A model generated the notes under the pieces. That model did not search any database. It saw only the letters and a list, made by a program, of their open reading frames with translations, and had not been told where the DNA came from. From the NCBI GenBank assembly GCA_004764695.1, contig SMSO01000037.1, positions 3,510,747-3,574,746 of the forward strand: 64,000 nt of DNA, read 5' to 3'. The translations under genes and the position numbers were made by a program. Within the stretch, counting starts at the first letter, position 1. Every line of letters begins with the position of its first letter. Positions 47,194 to 60,400 of the stretch are shown here, piece by piece. This DNA comes from Schizochytrium sp. TIO01. Its lineage: Eukaryota > Protista > Bigyra: Labyrinthulomycetes.

Positions 47194-50135
47194 AAATTGA
47201 GGCACTTTTAAATTTCTTCTGTGAAGATTACTATAACAAATCAAAATGTGCTAGAAGAAAAAGAGTAGGAAGGTAAAGCACACCATTCATTTATAGGCTT
47301 AACGGAAGGCTTCTTGTAACCATAATTCATATTGTTTTGTTATGTCCAAAGTAGGTAGGTATGAAAAACCTCTTCCTGGACATAACTCCAGATAAAGCAT
47401 TTGTCGCAAGATATTGATTCTATGAGTTGGTATATGTTTCTACTTCAGTTTGGCCCGAGTCGAAGGGTTTATAGACTGTGAGTTTGAGAGTAATACTATT
47501 AATGTAAAGGCGCATCGTTTAGTGCCAGTATGCAAAGCGCAATTTTTAAACGTTCTCAATAGTCAGAGACCAATCCTATCGATCTTCTAATGAACTTCAG
47601 AATTATACTTTAGGTTTACAATAATTCCCCCTTTTTAATTTTTAGAATTGAATTCAACATTTTTATCAGTGATAATTTGGCTCGAATTTAAACCTAAAGG
47701 ATTTCCTTCTGATTAGATGAGAGTTTGCTTTTATTTTTGTCTTTTCTGTTATTATAAGTATTAACGTATGCTTGTGATAAAACCTTGATGGAAACGAAAA
47801 AAGGTCCATAATATCAGCAGGCTTTCCGGCCAAAGAGTGTTCTGTTTCAGAAGTGGCCTTCAGCGTTGCTACGCCTGTTGCTGGAACACTTAAGGAGCTT
47901 TGAGTATGATTTCCAAGGAGAGTCAAGAGCCAAGATGGAGTTCCTTTCCACTTCTTTTGTCGCAGGGACCTCCCAGAGGTCGATGCCAAAAGATGATGCA
48001 ACTTGAATGGCAGGCAGCCAAGCTAAAAGCAGGCAGGCACTCTCTAAAAGTTGTTCATAACACAGTCAATGAGCCTATAGTCTGAACATCTGAAGAAATG
48101 GTGAGAGTTTTTTGACCATGATCACTGACGGATCGCCGATCTAGGCCCATTGCTTCTTAACTACTTGACCGTATCTAACTATAACGCTGAGGTTCTACTT
48201 CAAACTGAGTCGAACAGCAGTTGCAAAGGCCCAACTCAATATTTAGAGAGATATCTATTTATTTAGAAGGTATTTTAGAAAAGTAAAGCCCTGATACCAG
48301 CCAAGTCCAAAAAATAGTTTCAAATAATTTCTATTTTATTTTTTAATTATACGTATGGTCCTCTATATATAAGTTTATTTTCAAAGAATAAAAAAATAAA
48401 AAAAATAAAAATATATATACATATATACATATATATAGGAGTCAGATACTGGAAATTCCGGGTGGAGGGTTGACATTACAGATTGGAAGATAATAAGAAG
48501 AAACAAAGGGCGAGAAAGTCGCAACCTTCTTTGGAAATATGGAAGATAGCGGAGAGGAATAAAAGAGAAATCAATCCTAGTTCTCATTAATATAGAATTA
48601 GTGTCTTTTGTTTGCGCTACAGGCTTTGCGCGTTTTTATTCAGTACAGTATGTAGGTACAAGTTATTACTAGACAAGGGAAAGTATGGGCTTACCGTTTA
48701 TCCATTTCAAAACATTTTATTATTTCTATAATTCTGAGCGGAGAGGAATGAAGACATTCGTTCAACGAAATTTTGATACAGACTGGAAAACTGCCCTCAT
48801 GCTTCATGCAGACATCACGGTCAGAAACACTATTTGAAAAACCTTCTACTTTGGTATTTTGTTTTCAAAATAGAAGTATGTTACTATTGTGGCAAGGTTC
48901 GAGTTTGTACGCACCTCCACTCTGACCCATACTCTGCATGTAAGAAATTTTGAGAGAGCACGTTTGATGTCCCACATCTCGGATTGTGTCTCTTTGTAAT
49001 TACAGTGACACGGAGCTACAGCCAGTCAACCTTTCAATTTTTTTGATTTTGATTTTTTTTAGTCTTGTGAAAGCTCCTTTTTTATTTGTCTCTAACATCA
49101 TTAGCAGGTATAACTAGCCTTATTTATTTTTATCTACACCAACGACCTTAGGCTATCATGATCTATATTTTATCTTAAAGGAACTAAAAGGAAGCTTTCT
49201 TATCTAGCATTTTAACCCCTACTTAGTGTAAAACTCAATAGTGAACTACCTTGTGACGAGCAAGTTGACATGAGTTTGAATTTTTCTGTTCTCTCTTCTC
49301 TTCTTTCAAAAGAAAGCCTTAGATTTTTTATTATTTTAAATATTAGTATCAGTGGTAGAAATGAAGGTCAAAGAAGTAATTGTTTTGGTTTTGAAGAATG
49401 CTTGAGTCAAAGGATGCATAGAAGTTACCTCTGACTAGCTAGAGAGTGACGTCAAACGAAGACCTCCCGTAACCGTAAGAGAGCTTCGCGATATGAGTAA
49501 CAATGATGAGTAGTATACATTTATTCATATTGTTTGGGTTTCAAGCTTACTTGTTCTCTTCACTAAACTGAAGGTTTTATTGGATATATTCAATTATCTC
49601 CTAGCCGGATGTACCTACTTTATCAAAGAATGCGAAATCATTTCAAAGGAGTACTTGTAGGTCACTTTCCTTGTTCTCAGGCAGTTGCTTTTGCCAGCAA
49701 TGCTGATTATTGACTGACTGACTGACTGACTGACTGACCAACCTATTCTTCGCCGTCTTTTATTACGATCTCGATTCTCCATTGCTAACTCACTCACTCA
49801 CGCCGGCTCAAAACAGCAGCAAGGTGCTTTCTCGTAAAGATGTTGCTCTTATAATTCAGTTCAATTTAAGAAATATGTTCCTCCCAGGGAAGTTATAGTT
49901 TGAACTATGATTCTGTTGGGTAAATGAGAGAGATTTTTACTTGAGATTTTGGTATTGGAGGATTATTGCTAAGGTCTTGTCGGATTATATATAGAGGGCG
50001 TACTTTCTCAGTGCCTAGAACGCTTTTCTATTGGTTTTATAGGTTTAGAAGTTGTTCTTTCAGTCTTTCAAGGCATGCAGTAATGTAGCTCATATTGTTA
50101 TGAAGACACCCCTCCAGCTACCATTGCACTGCTAG

Positions 50136-50360
50136 ATGAGGGTGTTGACTGTTAAATCGCATATGTGCTTCCAGACTTGGGTTTGGACCATTAAAGACTT
50201 TTACTTGTCCTTCACTGCGTTTTGCGCAGACATTTTCGAATCGAAATCCGCCATATACGCACATTCAGATCAAGACAACGCGGTGTCGCTAATCGATTGG
50301 GGAATTGGTAACATATCGACAGATTTTAGTGCTGTATTACATACTGATGCATCCAATTAA
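50136..50360 (+). mobile_element. Possible degraded Ty3/gypsy RT-connection/RNase H fragment
   Basis: WVWT...F..F...SAIYAHSD...DFSAVLHTDASN resembles the gypsy pattern WT...AF..LK..L...P.LAHPD...F.LHTDAS. Short and degenerate. Confidence 0.3.
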
Positions 50361-50639
50361 AATTTGCTAATTTCGTGCATAGGTGTCAGAAGATCTGAGA
50401 AGCTTGATGGTGCATTGTGGTACGAATTTCCAAGATTGTTCGATTTAGAGTAATAAATGAGATCTGATTTGTAGCCTTTACTTGACTAAATGAAAGATTA
50501 AGTAATCAGTAGTCTAATTAATCCGAAGAAGCAAAACGAACTTTTATTAGTTGATAGGAAAACAGAAATTTATCTTAAATGCCGTTTCGGAGGCAATTAT
50601 CGTTTTTTCCATTATTTAGTTCCTTTACCTTTAGATAAT

Positions 50640-51040
50640 GCTGAAAGATGATTCTGGTCAGCTTGAGATTGACTGTAAAGATGAAGGCTTTAAGAAGTTT
50701 CATTTAAGAGCTAGCAAATTGCTGCCCTAGAGAATGAATTCCAGGACAGATGGATTTATGTAGTAATTAAGGAGGTTAAGACATTCTTGAAAGGTGTTAG
50801 AGATAATCGATGGGGTTAGGTTAGTTCAACCTCTACAACCATCGATCCAAGTTACACCATTCTTGGATGTAGGTAATGTGTATACACACTTCTGGTTCTT
50901 GACTCCGGCAACCACATGAATCTGGCTGTCTATTATTGCTCTATTGTAAAACCTATGTCTACTAGGGTTCACAAAGGGACGCCAAGAACTCTAGCAATGT
51001 CTTGTCCACTGGTTCCTTCGATTGGAAATCTCAGCAGTTA
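50640..51040. repeat. Dispersed ~400-bp repeat, copy 2
   Basis: Homologous to 30787-31206, same orientation. Confidence 0.85.
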
Positions 51041-51830
51041 ATAAGTAGTACTTAAAAGTTCACCCAAGGCGAGAGAGTATCAAAGCTGAACAAGTCACCA
51101 AGATTGAGTTTTGCAGCTGCAAATTGCCCTTTTTAATTTTTATATAAACATGATGTGAAACAATCAACACATACTTTATGTATTTATGAATCCGATGCTT
51201 AATTGTTTGTTACTGCAGAGAACGTGATAAAAGAAACTCCAGGTACATAGCATAATTTATAGACATCCATCGAAGTTGTTTAAGTTATGCAAGATTCTCT
51301 ACCAGACTTTGTATTATAATTCCGTTCTTACTGGGACCCGACATTGGCTTTCTGGGTTGCTGGGAGATGAACCTGGTCAGCTAGAAGTTGAAGATTAGCT
51401 TCATGTCTTGAAAAATACTTTCAGAATCCTCCATAAAACTTTGACTTTCAGAATTAGCGACCTACCGTCCTTAGAATTCAATTCTAAGGCAGACTGATTA
51501 GACTGATTCATAGGAAGAAAACTAGTGCAGCTTTGATTTATATTAGACACATTCAAGAGCTTAACTTTAATTTTAAATCAGATGTCGCCATTTTTATTAT
51601 GTTTAATGGGTATGCCCCTTTTTAGATCTTGACTACCATATATTCACAATCACAAATCTTATGGTCTAATTCCAATCCTATGTATATTCTAATTCTTTGA
51701 TAACTTATGGTGGTACGTCGAGAACTAGCAATCTAGGTTTCTTACAGTGAAGATATCATTAACAGTGATGTTTGGCTTTAGATAACTGCCTTCTGTACTT
51801 CCCCGAAATCTTGAAGATTAAAAAAACAAT

Positions 51831-54800
51831 TTAGCTGGAGCCACTTTCATCTTCACAAATACTTTCATCTTGGCTGAACCTATACATAATCGAAAACCCT
51901 TGGGCTGATTTACACGAGTATGCAAGAGAACAACCGTTGTTTGCAGGTTGATCGCATTGTCGAAAACGAATCATGTTTGTGAAAAGATTAGGGTGCTCGG
52001 TGTAGGTCACAGCGATAGTTCCATTGCATGGTAGGTTTAGCGCAGGAACAAAAAACTCTTCAGTCCAGTCTGATATCTCTGCATCAAAATACTCTACGAA
52101 AATACCTTCTTGACAAACATTGCTTGAGAGCTTATATGATGGATTTGAAGAACAAGTGTTGTCAGTGTCTTTTGCACCAGTTCCATAAGTCTCAACAAAA
52201 TTTACGATGCCAAAAGTTTCTTCCTTGATCTGACTGGTACATCGATTGCGCCACTGAGAAACAGAAATATCACCACGGTTGTTGCTTATTGCGTTGCAGT
52301 ATTGAACTGTCCAGCGAAAACCAATAGACTCGCTGTCCGCATTGGTCCCAGTAATTGCGGAGTAGCACTCAACTTCGGGGTTGGAGCTTGTTTGAAAAAC
52401 GTTAGCAGTTTCGCACCAGGTTTGGATAGCCTCATTTATCTGCGAAGCAGTGGTAGCAGTAGATACAAGAGCTTTAGCAAGAGTTAGAGCTTGACTCCAC
52501 TGTTGCCATGTACAAACATTGAAGACACTACCTTTCGAGGTATCGGTGACACTTGCATTCATATAATCAATAGCACTGGTGGGACAGAAACCCGTAGCAT
52601 TGTCAGATCCGGAACGTTCAAGATCGGAATCGATGATATGATCAATGTTCATGCGATAGCCAGTGATATCTTGTGCATCACCGCCCTGTGCTACCATTTT
52701 AATACATGTTATCTGTACATAGATGGTATTGTCGTAAACAAACGACCATGTTCGTTCTGCCCCACGTGGTGTGCTACGTACATCAGAGGCATCATACGTT
52801 ACATCTGTGAAGAAAGAGCTAGGGTCATTCGTCCAGCCCGAGCCAGCCTCACCAAAGCACTCTGAAGAGACTAGTGTAATATACTCCCCTGCAATAACAA
52901 AACGACTTTCGGTAATGACGGCACGTTCACCGAGTAAAATGAAAAACGAAAAGTCCCCATCAGGAATAGTATATAACTCCATGGTAGCTTCTCCAGAGTT
53001 GGGATTTGCCTGGCACGGTGATCCGACCGCCCCAATATTGGACTGATCTGTGAGAAGAGCCGCGCGGGTAGTGTTGTAGTAGCATCGATTTCCATCTTGA
53101 TCCAGCTCTTTGGTGCATTGTTCCTCTTCGATTGGGCAAGCATCGTCAGAGTCCTGAATGACGCGACCATCACAAATAATCCAAGCTGAGATATTCAAAG
53201 ATAATGTTGTGTCCGCAAATGAGGTCATTTCCGGATCGCCATATACAGCACAATCTCGACAGCAGGTTGTTGGAGCATCTTCAGCATCTGAATATTGAAT
53301 CTGTATTTCTAGTAAGCCACCACCTGTTTTCCAGCTGAGCACAGTATGCAGCTTCTTCGTTATTGCTCATGTTGCAGTATGGACGTGATGTTTCCTGGTA
53401 TCTGCAATAACCGTTCTCATTCAATACAGGCAATGTTTCATTCTCTGCTGGGACACAGCATGTCTCACAACTTCCAAGCTCATAGAATTGGTTTTCAGTG
53501 GCGCATATTTCGGGCCGTTGAGATCGAGGTTGCTGCAAGCATTCATAGCATCCACCTTCGGTGCCAATCGGTGATTCTGTAGGGCTCGGGGTTGGTGGAG
53601 GGCAATATTCCATGGAATAGGTAGCTTTGACTTGGAATCCATTCGTTGGGAGGCAAGAGTTTTCCATTGCACACTCACTTTGAATTGATTCGCACTGCTC
53701 AAATCTAATTGGGCGTGTCATAAGATTGGGAAAGTCTACCCCACTAATATTAAGAAAATTATCACATGGGGGTAGTCCACGGGGATGAAAAACTCGTCTT
53801 CCCAAACACTGGTGAGGTTATTGAATGATTGTACTTGAACCCCTACAGCACACATATAAGGCTTGCTTCTATTATACTCTTGTACGTCAGCGATGCATTC
53901 CGCCGGTATCACATCTAGAGAAGGAATACTATAAGCAGGGCGATCGGCGACATACTGAAACCACGTGTTATCTGCAATGTTAGTGAGACACATCTGGTAT
54001 CCCGACTCGCTGTAGCCTGTTTTATCAGCATTCATATTGTCAATCTGACAAATGATATCTGCCCATTGAAAGCTGGTTTCATTACAGTTCTCCTCAGAGA
54101 AGATGCGCGAAACGCATTCACCTATGGAGTTAATTGCGGGAGTGACACCAGTGAAATCATTAAATGTACACCAGACATTTACGTTTTCTTCAAGATTTGC
54201 ATCCTCGCAAGAGGCATCCACAAGTGCTTTGCAAGCTTCGATGCAGCTACCTAGTTCCCTGCGTAGACACAGGTCATCTTGTGTAATATTCAGAGTGCCC
54301 GTTCCTTTCGAATTCTCTTGGATGTTTCCAGTGATACAAAACCCCTCGCCGGAAAGGTTCCCGGCTCCTCCATTCGGGATTTTAAGATCGACATCTAGTC
54401 GCGTGCGATAGTCAGATGTTGCTAGACATAGAATTGAAGTAGACGTAGTTCCATCTAGGTTTTGAATATTCCAACGGATTCGAGTAGACGATTCCAATAC
54501 AACTGCCCATTTGTCAGGAATGTTTGAAAAATCCGAAGATATCCAGGCCGATGCAGAGAAGTCAGACAAACAGGTTGCAGATGAGAGAGTATAATTGACA
54601 CCATTTTGAACAATAGTCACACCTGTGATTATGCCGCGTTCACCAAGTGTTAAAGTGGTAACCTGCCCATACCCATCATACATTACCATCGTTGGGAGAT
54701 CAGTGCCCTCCCAAATTGACTTAGACTGACAGGGACTGCCACTCTCATCCCAATTGTACCACCAGGGTTGCGTGGCATTACTGTCAGGTACTCGAGTTCT

Positions 54801-55379
54801 ACGTACGTACTCACATTGATTTCCCCATGGATCTTTCTGATTGTGGCATCTCACAGGACCGTGCTGGCAGTCACCAGCGCGTCGGTCGTCACAAATAACC
54901 CAATTATCACGGGAGCCGTCGAATGCAGTGCAACGAGGATCTCCCCAGCAGACACAAGATGAACAGCATAAATCGTCAGAGGTCAGGCGTTCATATAGAA
55001 AGTTGAACTCCAGTTCAAGGTTTGCGTACTGTACCTCACAGCCAGAATCTTGACCGACGTCACAATATGCATTCGTAATCTCTGTGATTCGGCACGTTTC
55101 AGCTGACTGTAGTGTGCGAAATGAGGTTTCATGGTTGTTTGAACCCCAGAGCAAGCGCCAGCTTTCACCTGCCGCAACATTAGGACAGCAGGTCTCAAAT
55201 ATAACAGGGCCAACTGCACTTGAAGATGGAAGTGTCGATCCAAGTCCATTTTCGCATGCGAGGTAATCTAGCGTAAGCTGGTTTGTTGTTGCGTTACAGC
55301 CTTCGACTTGTGCTTGCACAGTCATGACCTGAAGCGCAATGGACAATACTACAAATCCTATCACAACCATTGTTGACAT
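51831..55379 (-). CDS. Paralogue D: secreted Cys-rich two-module protein, split by two 1-nt indels (assembly errors or pseudogene)
   Basis: ORFs 53736..55379, 53281..53805 and 51831..53342 are consecutive pieces colinear with E. G5 at 53768-53772 needs G6 to give DYPPCDN, and T4 at 53327-53330 needs T3 to give QLETGGGLL (ELETSNGLL in E). Confidence 0.85.
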
Positions 55380-57425
55380 TGCTGCGTTTCAATTCGATAT
55401 AAGCCAAGTTAACACTCTGACCCTTCAACTGTATTTGAAACAGTGGGGAAATCGAACGCGGTGAGTATGTTCGACTCTACAAGTCTGTTGAATGCATGCC
55501 ACGATTCCTTCGCTTGAGATTCCGGTTTTGGTGCCATCAATTTTGCAATTTTGGATCATAAATAGCATCAGATTTACTGTAATTTTACTGGTGAATTAGG
55601 ATAAAGACTATTGTATACTTCATCTCGTTTCCCCGTCCATCTCTCGTACCCAACCCGTGATTGACATGTTCTTTGTTTGGCTAAGCTTATCACTACATAC
55701 AGACGCGAAACACTTTCGATCTTTGTAAGAGCGTATTAGTAAGTCTAGGGTAGGTATCAAGAGTGTATTGTTTAGTTATAAAGAGTCAATAGTTACTGCA
55801 CGCGGTTGGGGGGCGGGTCTTTCATCGAGTATGTTTGTTCTATCTAATTTCTCCCCTTTAAAAATTATATGAACAAAAAATTTTCAATAGCTAAATCATT
55901 CTGATTTACTTCAGTCATCTAAATTAAAGTAGTACCTAAGCCCATATTATATATTTCTGCAAACAGCACGTTACTAACTTTTAGCCAAAGCATCATCGTA
56001 TGAATTATAGAATGCGTTGTCTGGATACACATAAACTTCGTATCGCGACCGTTATTCCATGCCTTGTTTCTGCTTCCTAACTAAGCATAATTTCTCCAGG
56101 CTTGGCTGCGTATTTGGGCGCTCTTTCCTCAATAAAATCAAAGCTAAGATGAAGGAAATAGCATGAGTGGATACTAAAATTGGATCTCCATAAGGGCAGG
56201 TCTCATATGCTTAATCACGGGAATTGAAGAAACAATATGTTATCAAGTTAGCTGCTGATGTTACTGAAAACACTAAAGTTGAGCGACCGAAATCTGCGAA
56301 GAGTAGCAAGGAGGTCGTAGAAAGATCTTTTGAAGAGGCACGAAAGCCTTCGTGCACAACGACATTTTTATAATCACTAAGGATCCAATCGCCCGCACCG
56401 TTCATAGGCTTTCCTTTCGCATCCTTTTACTCAGCTTTAAACATGGGATTTAATGACTCTGAGGCAACCGGCAACCCACTCCTGCCAATCTTTTAACAAG
56501 CCAGAACAATGAATCATTACGATCCACTCCTAACTGTCAATCTCAGTACCAACTGACAGCTGCCACATCCTGTTTAAACTCAGATCTTGAGAGTTTCGCG
56601 TCATCTTCTCTAACATTGCCATTAAAAAAAATAAAATAAAAATAACTAAATAATAATAATAAATTTAAGTTACTATTATCAATTTACGCTACAACCTAGG
56701 TCGTGAGTGGGCATGGCCATCAAAGAGTTCTAGTATGTTAAGCCTGGGGCCTTCGTAGAATTCCTCTATACTACTGTTAAAAGATACTAAAAAACTATAT
56801 AAAACATAAAAGAGAAGAGAGGAGGAGGAGGAGAGGAAGAAGAATATTAAATTTAACAAAACTCAGCAAGGATAACGACAGAAAGAATGAAAAGAGTTTC
56901 CCAATTTTTTCATCATTCCATAAGTTCTATCATGAAGAAAGTGCTGAAGGTCAGAGCTTAATGATGCATCCAATTTGCCTATCAAAGCATTTGAGAAGAA
57001 AAAATCCTTAGAGTGGGTTTCTCCAAGAAAAATACAAAAGACAAATTCAACAACAAAGATAAGAACATATTCAAATTTACACTTATTATTTGTTATTCAT
57101 ACCAAATAACTGCATTGCTTTAGAGCGTGCATGTGCAATTGAAAAAAGAAAATCGTTAAATTGCGTTTTCGAATTCGTTTTTGATGGGATGATAACCTAC
57201 AAAAGAAGACACATGCGTGGCAGTGATAAGATTCATCCAATCGAGTTTCCAGGGCAATAAATAATACACAAAGAATCGCATTCAGAATCTTGATCTTTGT
57301 TAAGTCAACGCGGAAAAGAATTTCCTTCATTATAATTCCAAAAATATTTTTATGAACGAATTATGGGTTCTCATAATCGAAGGCCATGAGCCAGGCATAA
57401 CTACAAAGTCTTCTGGACTGCATCT

Positions 57426-60400
57426 TTAGCTTGAGCCACCGCTGCCAGAGCAGACACTTGAATCTTGGCTATATTTGTAAGAGACAGAGTAGCCCTGGGC
57501 AGACTGGCAGGAGAATGCCAAGGAGCATCCATTGTTGGCTTGCTGATCACACTGGCGGAAACGAATGTTATTGGTGAAAAGGTTCGGGTGATCGCTGTAG
57601 GAAGCAGAAACAACTCCGCTGCATGGCATGTTCAGAGCAGGAATAAAGAATTCTTCAACCCATTCGGAAGTGTCATCGTCATAATACTCGACAAAAATAC
57701 CCTGCTCACAAACATTGTCAGAGACGGAGTACGTGGGGTTAGAAGAGCAGGTGTTGTCAGTATCCATAGCACCAGTACCGTAGGTCTCAACGTAGTTCAC
57801 AATGCCGAAGGTCTCCTCCTCAATCTGGCTTGTACAGCGGTTTCGCCACTGAGTAGCAGTCAAATCGCCACGGTTGCTGTTAATAGCATTGCAGTATTGG
57901 ATAGCCCAGCGGGAACCAATCTTAGAGTAATCACTGGATTTACCAACGATCGTTGAGTAACATTCAGAGGCAGGGTCACTGTATGTCTGGAAAACATTGG
58001 CAGTATCACACCAAGTCTGAACTGCTTCCTTGATCTGAGCGGTCGTTGAAGCAGTGGACACGAGGGCCTTGGCAAGAGTCAATGCTTGACTCCATTGCTG
58101 CCATGTGCAAACATTGAACACACTTCCATCAGATGTATCGGTAACAGTTGCGTTCATGTAATCGACAACATCGGTAGGGCAGTAACCAGTAGCACTAGAG
58201 TCTTCAGTTCTGTCAAGATCAGTGTCAATGATGTGGTCAATGTTCATGCGGTATCCAGTAATACCCTGAGCATCACCGCCCTGAGCGATCATCTTGATGC
58301 AAGTAATCTGAACATAAATACTTTCGTCATAAAGAAAAGACCAAGTACGCTCAGCACCGCGAGTAGTACTGCGAACGTCCTCGCTATCGTATGTCACATT
58401 AGTGAAGACAGAGGTCGGGTCGGATGTCCAGCCAGAACCGGCATCATTGAAGCAATCGGAAGAGACCAAAGTATAGACGTCACCAGAGACAGTGAAACGA
58501 GCTTCTGTAACAACGGCGCGCTCACCGAGAAGAATGTTGATAGAAAAGTCACCACTGGGAATAGTGTAAAGCTCCATAGTGGCATCGCCAGAGGCCGGGT
58601 TGGCCTGGCAAGGAGAGCCGATAGCGCCGATGTTAGATTGGTCGGTAAGAAGGTTGGCACGAGTGGTGTTGTAGTAGCAAGCGTTTCCGTCATGATCAAG
58701 TTCCTGGGTGCACTGGTCTTCTTCGATTGGGCAAGCATCGCCGTTGGTCTTAATGGTACGTCCATCGCAAATGATCCAAGCAGAAATGTTGAGAGTAAGG
58801 GACGTATCAGCAAAAGAAGTCATTTCAGGATCACCATAAACAGCGCAGTCCTTGCAGCAGTTGGTAGGAGTTTCTTCAGCATCGAAGTAGTCAATCTGGA
58901 TTTCAAGCAGACCATTGCTTGTTTCAAGCTCGTTGCAGTAAGCAGCCTCCTCACTGTTACTCATGTTACAGTATGGGCGGGTAGTTTCCTGGGAACGACA
59001 GTATCCATACTCAGTAAGAGGAGGAGTAGTCTCCTCACTTGCAGCCTCGCAGCAGGTATCACAGGTGCCGAGCTCTTGGTAGGTACTTTCAGTAACACAG
59101 ATCTGGGGCTGCTGAGATTCAGTCGATTCAACGCATTCGTAGCAAGTCTCACCACGGATAATAACAGTCGGGCTAGGGGTGGGGGTCAAGGTCACATCAG
59201 GGCAAAATTCCATCGTGTAAGTGGCCTCCACCTCGAAGCCATTAGTGGGCAAACAAGAGTTCTCGACTGCACATTGGGCCTGAATAGACTCACACTGGAT
59301 GAAGCGAATCGGGCGGGTCATGAGATCCGGATAATCAGAGCCACTGATGTTAAGCAGATCATTGCAGGGAGGGTATTCAACCGGAATGAAAAACTCGTCA
59401 ACCCAAGAATCAGAAGAAGAATCATAGGACTGAACCTGAACACCCACAGCGCAGTCTGAGGACTTGGTGGTGTTATACTCAGTCACGTCAGAAATGCACT
59501 CTGTTGGTGCACTGTCGGAGGAAACAACAGTGTATGTGGGACGATCCATGACGTACTGAAACCAAGTGTTGTCCTCAATGTCACCGAGACACTTCTGATA
59601 GCCTGACTCATCATAGCTAGTCTTATCAGAGTTCATGTTGTCAATTTGACAAACAATATCAGCCCAGTTGTAAGCAGTCTCATTGCAGTTCTCCTCCATC
59701 ACGATGCGAGACACACATTCCTCGGTAGAGTTGATGGTAGGAGTAACACCAGTGTAGTCATTCATCTGGCACCAGTAGCGGACATTCTCCTCAAGGTTTT
59801 CCTCAAGGCAGGTAGTATCAACGAGGGCTTTGCACGCCTCAACGCAACTGCCAACCTCGCTGCGGAGACACATGTCATCCTGAGAAATAGAAAGAGTACC
59901 AGTACCCTTTGAGTCTTCAGAAATGGAGCCTGTGGCACAGAATCCTTCGCTGTCAGGGTTGGTAGAGTCGCCTGCAGTAGGAATCTGAAGATTAATGTCG
60001 AGACGGCTGCGGTAATCTGAGGTGGCCTGGCAAAGAATGGTAGTGTAGACAGTGGCAGCATCGTTCTGGATGTTCCAGCGCACTCGAGTGTCTGACTCAA
60101 CAGTTACTGTCCATGTGTCAGGGATGCTGGATGAATCAGAGGAAGTCCATGAAGACGCACTGCTCTTCGAAAGGCAGTCTTCTGAAGTGAGAGTGTAGAT
60201 AGCACCAGAAGCCTCGGTTACAGCAACAGAGGCAATGATACCACGTTCACCAAGGGTAAGATTGAGAACCTGGTCCTGACCATCGTACATAACCATTGTA
60301 GGGAACATAGTGCCTTCCCAAATAGCAGTGGACTGACAAGGACTGCCGCTCTGCTCCCAGCTGTACCACCAGGGTTGGGCATCATCGCTATCAGGTACAC

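Noticed and set aside
48885-48922. tRNA-like GGTTCGAGT...CCA
   Set aside because: The T-stem does not pair and no cloverleaf or A-box can be built.
53281-53805. Intron explanation for the breaks in D (and C)
   Set aside because: The sequence is colinear with intact paralogues to within one base at each break, leaving no room for an intron.
58086-59459. 457-aa + strand ORF
   Set aside because: It is antisense to paralogue E and is not open at this length in the other paralogues, so it is a codon-bias shadow.
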